Counted from the first letter of the whole stretch, positions 40,330-52,854 are shown. The stretch is 63,025 nucleotides of DNA, filler included, from Octopus bimaculoides (GCF_001194135.2; 4 parts of 4 records of this genome joined end to end with filler, not necessarily neighbours in it), one strand, 5' to 3'. Program-made: numbers and translations. The notes: generated by a model from the sequence alone, not told the origin.

Positions 40330-40553
40330 ACGACGCAGTGACCGCGTGTGCATCGTTGGCGATTTTCTTTCTCTGTTTTCCCTTCTTTGGACTTTTCCTA
40401 TATTTCTGACGAAGAGCTCCGCTCGAAACGTTAAATCCTCTTTTCTTTCCTTTCCTGAGCGTCCAAGAACACGGTACTTATTCCACGTACTCGCGTTGTT
40501 GCTTTTTCGTGTTTTTTCGTGTTTTTTTCTTGCTTGTTCATGTTTGAATCGAC
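40330..40553 (+). mobile_element. Short non-coding pLTR-like element carrying the hammerhead motif, ending at (TA)n
   Basis: T-rich non-coding tract containing the hammerhead core; terminates GAATCGAC|TATATA. Confidence 0.5.
40402..40436 (+). ncRNA. Minimal type I hammerhead ribozyme motif (PLE-type)
   Basis: ATTT-CTGACGA-A-GAGC(TCC)GCTC-GAAA-CGTT-AAAT: core CUGANGA/GAAA, 4-bp stem II, palindromic AACGTT stem III, 4-bp stem I (ATTT/AAAT). Confidence 0.65.
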
Positions 40554-40636
40554 TATATATATATATAAAGTATATTTGTAAGTATACTTCACAATATATG
40601 GACTGTACTAAGACGTGCTTAATGCGAGCTAAATCG

Positions 40637-40895
40637 AAGGATAAGGGAAATTATAGAAGGAACACATCTAGGCAATCAATACAAATTGCAAAGCATAACT
40701 TAAACGCACAACGAAATAAATATACAAATAAATTTATAAATCAATGAAGAAAACTGTATGTAAAAGTCATATGTGAAAAACTATGCGTCATGTACCGAAT
40801 GAGATAAAAATTCGAGGTAAGGAACGGATCGAATCGATTATGAATTTGATGCTTATACGATTGCCTAGATGTGTTCCTTCTATAATTTCTCTTAT

Positions 40896-40899
<4 letters not shown>
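40637..40899. mobile_element. 263-bp element bounded by 41-bp inverted repeats (MITE-like or PLE-derived inversion)
   Basis: 40637-40677 and 40859-40899 are reverse complements at 40/41 positions. Confidence 0.6.
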
Positions 40900-40930
<31 letters not shown>

Positions 40931-40940
40931 NNNNNNNNNN

Positions 40941-40971
<31 letters not shown>

Positions 40972-41826
40972 ACATCACCAACTGAATAAATATGAAATAC
41001 GATGACAAGCGAGTTAAATACGCAAACAACGAGTGAATAAAAAAGGAAACAGGACAAGTAAACACAGAGAACGATTCTTCATCAGTTGTCGGCTGTATAT
41101 TTACTCCTCATTTCACATAGAAATATATATGTATATATATTGGAAAATGTGTGAGATCCATGGTACTGTTAGTTATATTTGAAAACAGAAAAATAATGAC
41201 TTCACTGGTAGTTCTAATCAGTTTATTTCATTATTTTTTAATGTTCTAATAATATAGATTTACACTTTAGTTTATAGATCTAGTAAGATCTTTGTTAAGT
41301 TGGGTGGAGGATTTTTTTACAAAAATTCCTTGTCTGCTTTTCTGGAGAACTTTCTCGCATTCGTTGTCAAACACATCTGAGGGTTTAGGGCTTTGTGATT
41401 CTATATATGGGATTTGTTAATCAGCGTGGGAGTGAACGAGTGTTGATGAATAAGTGCTGAAAAAAAATAGTGAATGGTCAAAACAAGATACTTGATTGGC
41501 GTGGAGTTGGGAGTTGGTGGGATTTTAAAGGAGTGTTTTGTGAAGCCATTTGGATAGTTGACCGTTGGTGAGAAATCTAATGACCAGATGTTTTTCCAGA
41601 TTCTTTCTCTTAGTAATTTCCTATGTTTTAGGTGTGTGTCTGGAATGGTTGTGTTAATGAAGTGTAAGATACATGTCTTTTGATAAAAAACGTTGATAGA
41701 GAGAGATTATTTTGATATATATTTTGGTCTGGGAGGGGAGATGGGGCAGCCCATGCTAGCTCACATATTTATTTCCCTACATATAATAAACAAAAAGTAT
41801 TTATACTTACCTCTCTGTCTGACTTT

Positions 41827-41859
<33 letters not shown>

Positions 41860-42399
41860 CATATATAAATAAACAATTACACATATCTACACACACATAT
41901 AGAGACATACACACATATATGCACACATGTACGGATATATTTATACATACATATATGCACATGCATATATATATACACACATACACACATACAAATATAT
42001 TTATACATATGCATACACACACATATATATAAGCTTATATGTATACACACACATATATACACACACAGATACCTCTATACACATACACATGTATATACAT
42101 ACATACACGTACAAACACACACACCTCTACACCCACACATAAACATCCCCTCCAGCTCACATGCACCCACACCTCCGCACACGTATATTTGGTCACATAT
42201 AAAGCAGCAAAAGTACACACGCACGGGCATGTGTGTGCATATACATATTTATACACACATATATACATACATGTATGCACACATGCGCATGTATATGTAT
42301 CACACCCGTATATTTACATATACCTACATGCGCATGCATATGTTCACATACACTCATGTATACGTATCTATACTACTGACGTAGTTAAGTTCATATGTA

Positions 42400-43200
42400 C
42401 ATTGTGGGGAGAGGGGTTAGTGAAAAAGTAGTTTACTTCTGAGGGTTGTTCTTCTCTTCAACGATCGAATGATTGAAAGTGTGGAGAGGATCCCGTTATT
42501 TGTTGGAGGGCTGGAATATTATTTTTTTTTGTGTGTTCAGTAATGGTTTGAACCTCCTGATGAAGAATTCTTTTTTATATTTCCGGAGATGTTCGTTTTC
42601 CGACCGTAACGTAAAGAAGGGGAAGATTGTGAACTTTCCCTTTCCACATGATGCGAAGTATCCCCTGCAAGTGGTACACACACTCTGTCATGTAGTGCTG
42701 TTCCCGTTTCACCAATATAGTACTTTTTACATTGTGGGCAAGTTGCACAGTAAATTGAGCTTTTCGTTTTGCAATTCATGTTTGCATTGACTTTGAAAAT
42801 CTCATTGTTTTTAAAATAGTTTTGTCCACCCTCTTCAATGTATTCACAGGTTCCACATCGAGGGTCCCCGCATTTTTAAATTAGCATTGTTTCAATGTTG
42901 GATGTAAATTTGGCCTTGGTGAGTAACTTTTTAAGTTTGGTGTTTGGCGTCTGCTAGATATTACTTGTAAGTCTTTTATGAGTACATTCATTTTGGGGGA
43001 TTGGTAGAGAATTGGGAGATATTGTTTGACGGCTTTCACAATGCTGCAGTTCCTTGGCTTGTGAGTTGAGTAACGACAAAAGAAATGACTATATTGTCCT
43101 TTTTATTTTTTTTTGGTTTGTTTTTTTTTCAGTGTTGTCACTGGAATTTTCTGGGCCTTGGAGATGGCTGTATTGATAAGGTTCATCGGACATTCTTGTC
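42400..43200 (-). mobile_element. Second, divergent Penelope-like element (Neptune-type), 5'-truncated
   Basis: RQECPMNLINTAISKAQKIP, YLPIL, KCGDPRCGTC, SSIYCATCPQCKKYYIGETGTALHDR, FTIFPF..EFFIRRFKPLLN. Colinear with the 31740 element; abuts (TA)n at 43201. Confidence 0.9.
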
Positions 43201-43713
43201 TTATATATATATATATGTATACATATATACGNNNNNNNNNNNNNNNNNNNNNNNNNNNNNNNNNNNNNNNNNNNNNNNNNNNNNNNNNNNNNNNNNNNNN
43301 NNNNNNNNNNNNNNNNNNNNNNNNNNNNNNNNNNNNNNNNNNNNNNNNNNNNNNNNNNNNNNNNNNNNNNNNNNNNNNNNNNNNNNNNNNNNNNNNNNNN
43401 NNNNNNNNNNNNNNNNNNNNNNNNNNNNNNNNNNNNNNNNNNNNNNNNNNNNNNNNNNNNNNNNNNNNNNNNNNNNNNNNNNNNNNNNNNNNNNNNNNNN
43501 NNNNNNNNNNNNNNNNNNNNNNNNNNNNNNNNNNNNNNNNNNNNNNNNNNNNNNNNNNNNNNNNNNNNNNNNNNNNNNNNNNNNNNNNNNNNNNNNNNNN
43601 NNNNNNNNNNNNNNNNNNNNNNNNNNNNNNNNNNNNNNNNNNNNNNNNNNNNNNNNNNNNNNNNNNNNNNNNNNNNNNNNNNNNNNNNNNNNNNNNNNNN
43701 NNNNNNNNNNNNN

Positions 43714-43772
43714 ATTAACCCTAACCCTAACCCTAACCCTAACCCTACGGTTAGGGTTAGGGTTAGGGTTAA
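43714..43772. repeat. Inverted telomeric-repeat cassette (TAACCC)5-TAC-(GGTTAG)3-GGTTAA
   Basis: Read directly; bounded by TTAA at both ends; abuts an N gap on the left. Confidence 0.9.
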
Positions 43773-44440
43773 AGCAAATTTAAAATGAAAAAAGCAAATA
43801 AAACGAAGGTATGGAGATTAAATACGCTTTACATCGCTTAATCAGCCAAAAGAGTAAATATAAACAACTGAATACTTGTCAGTGATTGGTTGAAATTATC
43901 GAAATAAGACAATTTGTTACATGAAATAAATTCGAATACAAAAATATTTTTCTGTTCTATAACACAAAATAGATAAGTATACGAAGTTTGAAAGTCTTTC
44001 GGTACCAAAAACACTACGTAAAACATTAATGAAAAATGTGGCCCCCGTTTTAAAATAGATCCCATACACATTAAAAACAGAAAGAAAGAAGCACTTGTAA
44101 GCAAAAAGTGGATAATAGATTCTTCAATGGAATTTATGTTAAAAAAGGGCATCAGTGGTTTTATATTGACTTCATACTTAATAAATTTTTAACCTGAAAT
44201 ATATTTGACTGGTACTCTGCCCAAATGAATGGGGCCAGATCCCAAATGAGATGAGTTGCTGACATCATCGATTAATTTAGAAGAGGTGCTTGCACGTTGC
44301 AATAGTATTTTTAGTCAAAGTGAGTTCATCCTTCTTTGATGTTGTATAGGGGTTACAACTTTTATTTAGACTCAGTACAAAGCAGTTAAGACTGCAGTTA
44401 GCAGTTTCATTGCTAAGCGATTAAAGTGAACTAATTATCA

Positions 44441-45111
44441 CTGAATGCACTCGCACATGAATAGTTAGTTAATTAACAATAAATATAATTGTGTATGTAC
44501 ACAATTGTATCTATTCTTCATGAACTATTAACTACATACACATGTTTACATATAATCTGTACCTGGTTAATTACATTTGCACGCAAATTTTGGTACACTT
44601 ACATTCACACACATTTTTCAGCACGTCTGCACTCATACATTGGCATTTACGTTTCTCAGTCTCTTCTCTAGCGTGGGTTTGTAAGTCATTAAATAATATC
44701 GCCATCAGCTTAAATCTTTCAACAATGATGAGCAACCGGTTACGGCCGGTAGTCAAGTTTGTTACAGCTGTGTTTAGTTTGTAACTACTTATTGGATTAA
44801 ACTACTCCAGTCGTTGAGTAAAATAGTAATTGGTTGGCAATAGCCTGTCAATTACTATTTTAGCTTAGTTTCTTTATTAACCGAGTATATGCTAGGGATA
44901 CAACTTGATCAATTTCTATGTTGGTATCAGTGGTAGCAATTTTTAAAATCTTTCTCTAGGTAGCTAAGACAGTTTAGGGATACTGTTTCGAGAAGCTACT
45001 TTTGCGTGTGGATAGGAGTACAGTATGTAAATGGATAGGAGTACAGTATGTACAGACGTGTACATAATCGTAATTATTGTTAATTAACTATTCACAAGTG
45101 AATACATTCAG
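44441..45111. mobile_element. About 670-bp MITE-like element with imperfect terminal inverted repeats
   Basis: TGAATAGTTA[GTTA]ATTAACAATAA (44458-44482) versus the reverse complement of 45074-45094; weaker match extends to CTGAATG and TATGTACAC. Internal 21-bp tandem duplication at 45009-45052. Confidence 0.5.
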
Positions 45112-46473
45112 GCTGTAGTTGAGAAATTTTAACCAGTAGGTACTCAAATTGTAATTAGTGAAATTTGATCGATTTGTACAAGATTTTAATTAGAGAGTTG
45201 TTCTCGTCGTATGGAGGAAGTGCCTGAGGGCTCTACCCCACGACCCCAACAAGAATAATGGGTGGAGAAGAAGACTGAATGGATGGATAACTACTTCACT
45301 GCGATTTCTTTGAATTTCCTGTGGTTTTCTTAGCAATATAATGGTTAATTTATGAATATCCGACACCCCAGTCTTATAACTGAAGCTGGAATTTGATTTT
45401 TACAATATTACGTTTTTCTCTCTAGATATGTAGATAAAACAGCACTTAGTTTACGTGCAAAACTAGAAGTGTTTTCTATGTTTGTAATTCAATTGTATAA
45501 CACCAAAATAAATATAATGGAGCAAGTAGTATGCTTGAACAAAATTCGGATTAAGTAGTATGTATTATCTCATGCTGTGTCATTTATTGCACTGTAGTTA
45601 AGTCTATTGATAAAACAAAACGTTAATAACAGATAAAAACTGGGCGAAACTTCATTTTAACATTAGGATACTCTATTAATCTGTTCATGAAAAATACACG
45701 TTTTAAAAGAATTTCGCTTTTTATCTTTTATATCCAAATATCGGAGGGGAGAAACGTTAAGACCATCTGATACCTATATTAATAGCAAGAGAAAACATAA
45801 ACAGCGCTGATTCACGTTAAGTGATTATATGGTACTGGTAAATTGCATAATAGTTTTGTTTACATAAGAATACAGGTAATAACTCTCCACTAATCTTAGG
45901 TAATAAATCTTTACCGAAGAAAAGACATAGGAAAGTTATTATTCTGATGAAAAAATTAGATACAAAATTCCTGTAAAGTGTTAACTATATCTATAATGTA
46001 AATTTTAATATCAAGTTTCTTACGTTATGGTTGCAATTGTTTACTTTTGCTACCATAAAAAAAAAATTGTTGGGCATTTCTTTTAATGTACAATATGTTA
46101 TTTTTTAGTAAAGAAAATTATTGTTATAAGAATTTATGAGAATTCGTTCGCTATCAATATTTGAAATCATGCTCTCATATATTTGGGAAAAATGAAAATA
46201 AAATGCAACATAATGGATGGCTAGTGAAGGCGGCTATTTTTGAGTTATGGCCATTTTTCAGCTGAGATCATTTCCATACTAAAAATAAAAATTAGCTGAT
46301 TGTATCACAAAAGACAAGTCCGAAAACTGGGCAGAAGTGTTTGCTCTACAACCATGTACTCCTGGGTTTGAAGCACCGCATGCTGGTTTTTACTTATTTT
46401 AAACAATGATTCGGGTTGCACAATACCTTGTGAATAAAATTTCATGGGCAGAAACTCTGTGGAATCGCGTCAC

Positions 46474-46545
<72 letters not shown>

Positions 46546-46568
46546 GTATATATATATATATATATATA

Positions 46569-46756
46569 CATACCGGAGTAAGCGCATAAAATGTGCAACA
46601 AAGTGGAAAAAAGAGGTAGAGTAATATGCTTTATTTAAAAGCAGCAGAAATATAACAAAAGACTGTTACTCTGAGTTTCACGTTCCCGTTCATCGGACGG
46701 AACGTGAAACTCAGAGTAACAGTCTTTTGTTATATTTCTGCTGCTTTTCAATAAAT
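46569..46756 (-). mobile_element. pLTR-like element with a perfect 50-bp fold-back, AATAAA and a 3' end at (TA)n
   Basis: Arms 46637-46686 and 46699-46748 are exact reverse complements with a 12-nt loop. Minus-strand AATAAA at 46630-46635. Confidence 0.6.
46663..46700 (-). ncRNA. Minimal hammerhead-like motif with a variant core (CCGAUGA)
   Basis: The minus strand reads GT-CCGATGA-ACG(GGAA)CGT-GAAA-CT(CAG)AG-TA-ACAG: stem II closed by a GNRA loop, short stem III, GUA cleavage triplet. U4 is replaced by C. Confidence 0.5.
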
Positions 46757-48377
46757 TATATATATATAAAGTTGCTGTATATTGTCAACTTAATGTGACA
46801 ATCCCAATAAGGAAATATACTACTGCTGTTTAGCCCTAGGAAGCTGGACCGCTTCCCGTCGGCCTTGACACAATTACTGTGTCCTTATGTTTGCGNNNNN
46901 NNNNNNNNNNNNNNNNNNNNNNNNNNNNNNNNNNNNNNNNNNNNNNNNNNNNNNNNNNNNNNNNNNNNNNNNNNNNNNNNNNNNNNNNNNNNNNNNNNNN
47001 NNNNNNNNNNNNNNNNNNNNNNNNNNNNNNNNNNNNNNNNNNNNNNNNNNNNNNNNNNNNNNNNNNNNNNNNNNNNNNNNNNNNNNNNNNNNNNNNNNNN
47101 NNNNNNNNNNNNNNNNNNNNNNNNNNNNNNNNNNNNNNNNNNNNNNNNNNNNNNNNNNNNNNNNNNNNNNNNNNNNNNNNNNNNNNNNNNNNNNNNNNNN
47201 NNNNNNNNNNNNNNNNNNNNNNNNNNNNNNNNNNNNNNNNNNNNNNNNNNNNNNNNNNNNNNNNNNNNNNNNNNNNNNNNNNNNNNNNNNNNNNNNNNNN
47301 NNNNNNNNNNNNNNNNNNNNNNNNNNNNNNNNNNNNNNNNNNNNNNNNNNNNNNNNNNNNNNNNNNNNNNNNNNNNNNNNNNNNNNNNNNNNNNNNNNNN
47401 NNNNNNNNNNNNNNNNNNNNNNNNNNNNNNNNNNNNNNNNNNNNNNNNNNNNNNNNNNNNNNNNNNNNNNNNNNNNNNNNNNNNNNNNNNNNNNNNNNNN
47501 NNNNNNNNNNNNNNNNNNNNNNNNNNNNNNNNNNNNNNNNNNNNNNNNNNNNNNNNNNNNNNNNNNNNNNNNNNNNNNNNNNNNNNNNNNNNNNNNNNNN
47601 NNNNNNNNNNNNNNNNNNNNNNNNNNNNNNNNNNNNNNNNNNNNNNNNNNNNNNNNNNNNNNNNNNNNNNNNNNNNNNNNNNNNNNNNNNNNNNNNNNNN
47701 NNNNNNNNNNNNNNNNNNNNNNNNNNNNNNNNNNNNNNNNNNNNNNNNNNNNNNNNNNNNNNNNNNNNNNNNNNNNNNNNNNNNNNNNNNNNNNNNNNNN
47801 NNNNNNNNNGAAAAAGGTGGGTGTGAGTCACCCAAACTAATCATCGAGAAAATAAAAGGCGAGCTACTGGGCCTTATAGGCTGCCGGGTTGAGAAACCTA
47901 ATCGTTTTATTTTACAATATATATACATGTGTGTAGGTGTATGTATGTGTGTGTGTATGTATGTGTGTGTGTATGTATGTATATATGTGTACATATATAT
48001 ATATATATATATGTGTGTGTGTAGGCATAGGATTGTCGGTATATTTAAAAGGAAAAAAATTAAAAGTCAATGAACATACGAATATGAAATTTTATATAAA
48101 AACAATCGTAAATTTTTAAAAGATCATAGAACTCATACATTTTNNNNNNNNNNNNNNNNNNNNNNNNNNNNNNNNNNNNNNNNNNNNNNNNNNNNNNNNN
48201 NNNNNNNNNNNNNNNNNNNNNNNNNNNNNNNNNNNNNNNNNNNNNNNNNNNNNNNNNNNNNNNNNNNNNNNNNNNNNNNNNNNNNNNNNNNNNNNNNNNN
48301 NNNNNNNNNNNNNNNNNNNNNNNNNNNNNNNNNNNNNNNNNNNNNNNNNNNNNNNNNNNNNNNNNNNNNNNNNNNNN

Positions 48378-48412
<35 letters not shown>

Positions 48413-51400
48413 TTATATATGTATATGTATGCATATATAAACAGGGACATATAAGTGAATGTGTTCTTAAATATGCTGTAGCTGGATAAAAGACTTAATG
48501 GTCTTAGCTAGAACGTTTTGAATCATAGGCATGCTTAATGAGGCTTAACTTGGGGTTAAACAACGTCATAATAATCAATATTTTTTTTATCACCATGAAG
48601 TATCTGAAGTCTGAAAGTAACTCTGTTTTCTTTCTCATGCAGGATAGTTATAGAAAGTTGTATTCAAACACAAAGGAAAGCAACTACTTTCTCTGAATAA
48701 GTAAACTTTTTAAAGAGAATGGAAATTGCTATACAACTGTTTCCAGCTTTGTGTTCACAGTTTAAACTGGATTTTAAAACCACACATTGTCTACTTGAAG
48801 ATGCAATATAACTTCTTTAATGGAAAGTGTTTTTAGACAGTTTGAACAAGCACGAGAATAAAAACGGCACGTTATTAGATACATCTAGTTACATCTAAAT
48901 TATCAAAGAATTTAACGAGAATGGAAATAGTTATCCCATGGTTACTAATCTTGTAGCCACTTCTCGTTTTGAATAGATTGAACAAACATGAATATAAAAA
49001 AGTATTACTCCGGATGTCTCCTATCCAAAGAGATTCTACATCGAAGAAACTATATATAGCAACGAATAAAGAAGAGCGAGAAGTCTGATTTATATGGAAG
49101 AGAATGAGAAGGAAAACAAGAACCTGGTGAGTTACTGGAAAAAAACCCCAAAACAAAGTTAGAGTACAGATAGTTTCCGCTAAAATATTTATATCTAATA
49201 AGTTTAAGAATGTCGATAACTGCTTTATTCCTATAAGTAGCAACTGTTACATGATTAGCTATAAATAACGTCCGGCTGATATTGGTTTCTAATTGGACGC
49301 AGGACAATGAACGAAACTTTTTTCACAGAAAGAAAACGTAGAAACCCCAACGAAATTATATATTTTTATGTTGTTATTCATTAAGTCGGAACATGGAATA
49401 GACATACGCACACTGTACGTATAACGTACTATGTATAATGTATATGTATAATGTATATGTAGGTCTTCTTAAATTCTGTGCACACAAGCACAAATGAGCA
49501 GCAAGGAAGTCTGCACTAGGTCGCTCGACCTGTTAGAAATAGCGACCGAATCAATTGCCGTCTTAAAAAGGAAGGCCCACATTAGATATTATAGTTTTGG
49601 ATGCGCTATATCAGAAGAAGAAAGATAAAAATTACTTCACCATTTGTTTATATGTCAACTCAATCAGATGAGACTTGGGTATTAAACAATAATTGTACGC
49701 ACATACTCACGCACACACATATATATAAATGCAATTCTTTTTGTCATTACGTATTATTTTTACGTATTATCCTTATAGTATCCTCAAATTATATTTTATA
49801 AATCCAAACAGAAAAAAAAGCTTTAACATAATGTGTGAATCACATAGCAACTATGAGAGTAGCAGAAGTCACACCACACCATTCACACACAGATATTATT
49901 AGCAACTTGACACTCAGCAAATCTAAGATTAGATAATATTGATTTTATTGAAAATTTTTAATTAAAAATATTGATTTTTTACTTAGACATAAGGTCTCAA
50001 GTTCATAGGATTGGTTTGGCAGACTATATTAACACTAGTTGCTTGCCTGATACCTATTTTTATCAGTTGCAAGATGATGAAAGTCAAAGTTAACTTAGAT
50101 GAAATTCGAAATCCGAGAGTAAGGAGTTGAATCTGGATACTGCAAGACATATAATTGATATTATTGACGTCAATTGGCATTAGTTTAAATCTGTTTTAAC
50201 ATGCTAACATATGTTAGGATCAGCAGTCAGCTTTACGTGTTATTTCGCCGTAAGCTGTTTCTAGAGAGTTTTGTTTGGTAAATATTTTTTCAAGAATCAC
50301 TTCTAATCATGTGTGAAGAGAATGAGCAGCGAAAATAAATAGAGATGTGTATAGCGGTAGATTTTCAATATTTCATCTATATTGGCAACTGATCTTATTT
50401 ACTTTCGCTAAAATACGAGGTGAAATTAAAAGTTTTAGCTGACATTGCTGTTTATTTTATTGAAAATGTCACGAAATTACTTAATGCTTCAATTTAATGC
50501 CAGTATAACATTGCCTAAAATATATGCTATTAATTTATATTTGCTAGCTGATTTAAAAGTATTTATTTAAAGTTATTTTAACTACAACCGACACACTGCA
50601 TAATCTCCAGCGCATACATATGCATTTAAATGCTTGTAAACATCATTAAAAACTCAAATTATTTCATGTATTATAAAATTCACTTAAAAATCTTATTTAT
50701 ATGATTTATTTTATCTTTTGTAAGACAGAGAAGTAGCTACTATTCCTGCACGGAATTGCAAAATAAGCAAGATTTAATCTTCAACAAATTGTTCTTAAAC
50801 AATAAATGTTTCAATTCAAACTGAACTCGTAGAAATGAGATGGCAACATAAATTTTGATATCAAATAAATATATTTATAGTTATATCATTTTTTAAACAT
50901 TTAGAATTTATTTTCTTGAAAATTTTGATGTGTTATTATCAGGAATTTAACATATAATAAATTGAAAGACGATGTGACAGAGTAAACAATAATAATATTG
51001 ATTTCTAATTTAGACACAAAGCTGTACATTTGGGGTGAAGCATTGTAGTCGTTATAATTGAGCCATATTGATATCTTGTTTATCGATCCGGAAAGGATTA
51101 AAGTAAAATTGACTTCGGAAGATTTGAAGTCCGAGCTTTAAAGGATGCAACGAAATCTCGTATGAAATTCACTGACTCTCGTCTTCAAAAGGTGATAAAT
51201 TGACACAATCATGAGAGGATCGGACAAAATATTTCGCAGTACTTGTTCTGCCTCTTTAAGGACCGTGTTTTAATTCCGTTGAGGTTATCTTTGCCAGTTA
51301 CCTTTTTAGAGTTAATAAAATTAAAGTAGTAATCTTGAGCGGTAAATTGGTGCGATATTGGGGCGTAGACCAAAATACTATGTAATATTTGTCCCAGTTC

Positions 51401-51909
51401 TTTACGTTCTGTGACTCCAAACAGATGTAGCAAATTTGTATGTATCTAGCCGACTGTGTCTTGTAAAAAATGCTGGAACAAAGGCAACGGAAAATGCATA
51501 AAAGATCCTGCAATAATAGTAATTTTTCTGTCTTTAGATTTGCAATAACGTTGACACTCAAAATATATGCTTTACATTATTTATTTACGGCATTTTATTT
51601 TTGATTTTAAACTCCAGATAGTTCAACTTTGCCTTTTAACTCTAAAATAATGTACCAGTCAAATGTTTGGGTTGATCTTAATCTATTGTATTTAAGGTCA
51701 TGTTCCTATGTTAAAATAATAAAACTAATAATGGCTTCTATAATTAGCACCTAGACTATATACCTTGCGGTTGGGATTTAACCGAGTAAACTGTTCAAAT
51801 CAATTGGTACTGAATGATTTTAGCTTTAGACTAAGGGCATAAATAATTTTCAAGAGATGTGAATAGTCTTACTATACAAAAGAAAATACCACTAATTTAC
51901 TGCATAAGG

Positions 51910-52448
51910 TTTAATGGAACATAAGACGACAATTTTAAATATTTGGGAACCAATATTACATCAGATGGGGAAAAAACAAGGAAACGAATGCCAGACCAGA
52001 CAGGTCCTGCCTGCTTTGATGAGATCAAACGAATTATCAAATAATCGGCTATGAATAAGCGTGAGGAAAAGAGTCCTGAGGGTGTACATATTCAGAACCA
52101 ACACTTGCAAAAGCTTATCAGAACTTGAGAGATGTTGGTGCTTAGACAACCATGAAGTTATCCTATACTAATAGAATAATGAACGTTGAAGTCCGTAGAC
52201 GAGTATACGCACTCGGGAAATTTCTTATCCGCGTAAGGATGCAACAGGCTATATTGGACATCATACGAGAAGATAAAGCTTTGATGATTTAATGACAAAT
52301 GGAGAACTAAAAGGGAAAAACTGAGGAAGATGGGCTACAGACAGACAGGCACAATTGCTTCATAAGATTTGTGTGAATGTGATAAACTGCGGGTAAGTCT
52401 GTAATCGCCGGCGCTTGTAGGCATGATACACGAAGAATAAGAAGGAAT
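51910..52448 (+). mobile_element. Second RTE-type LINE 3' fragment, heavily decayed
   Basis: FKYLGTNITSDG (51934-51969), LSNNRL*ISVRKRVLRVYI, GYIGH, LMTNGELKGK; ends in an AGAA-rich tail. Confidence 0.65.
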
Positions 52449-52854
52449 AGACGATTTGACCAAATCCGTTAGTACTTTGTACTTGTTTTGTACAAGCCAA
52501 AAGGAAGAAAAGTGAAGTTGGTTATATTAAGATGTTGAATTCAAAACATTGATAGGCGGAAACATGTACTGAAAAACATTTACAGTTGCCGCCACTCCAG
52601 TAAACTGCAATAAAGATTATTTCTCTCATTGCTACGAGAACACACATTCATTAAAGGATGCATTAAATACGCATATTACATGTCTAATGCTCGTTCTCCA
52701 GACCCTGAAGGTAAACTTTTAACATTGTTACACTTATAATACCACACATCATGTGGTTAAGTGTATTGTCGATTTCATTGGAAGTAAAATAGACAGCAGC
52801 GAGAATTGAACTCAAAACGTAAATGGAGGTAAGCTAAATAGTATCAAGTATTTG

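Noticed and set aside
43181-43191. GTTCATCGGAC, identical to the loop of the 46637 hairpin (apparent second CCGATGA core)
   Set aside because: It falls in the coding frame of the minus-strand PLE (CPMN), and no stem II/GAAA geometry follows; treated as coincidence.
43714-43772. Telomere-telomere fusion site
   Set aside because: The repeat orientation is the reverse of a head-to-head fusion and the arrays are very short.
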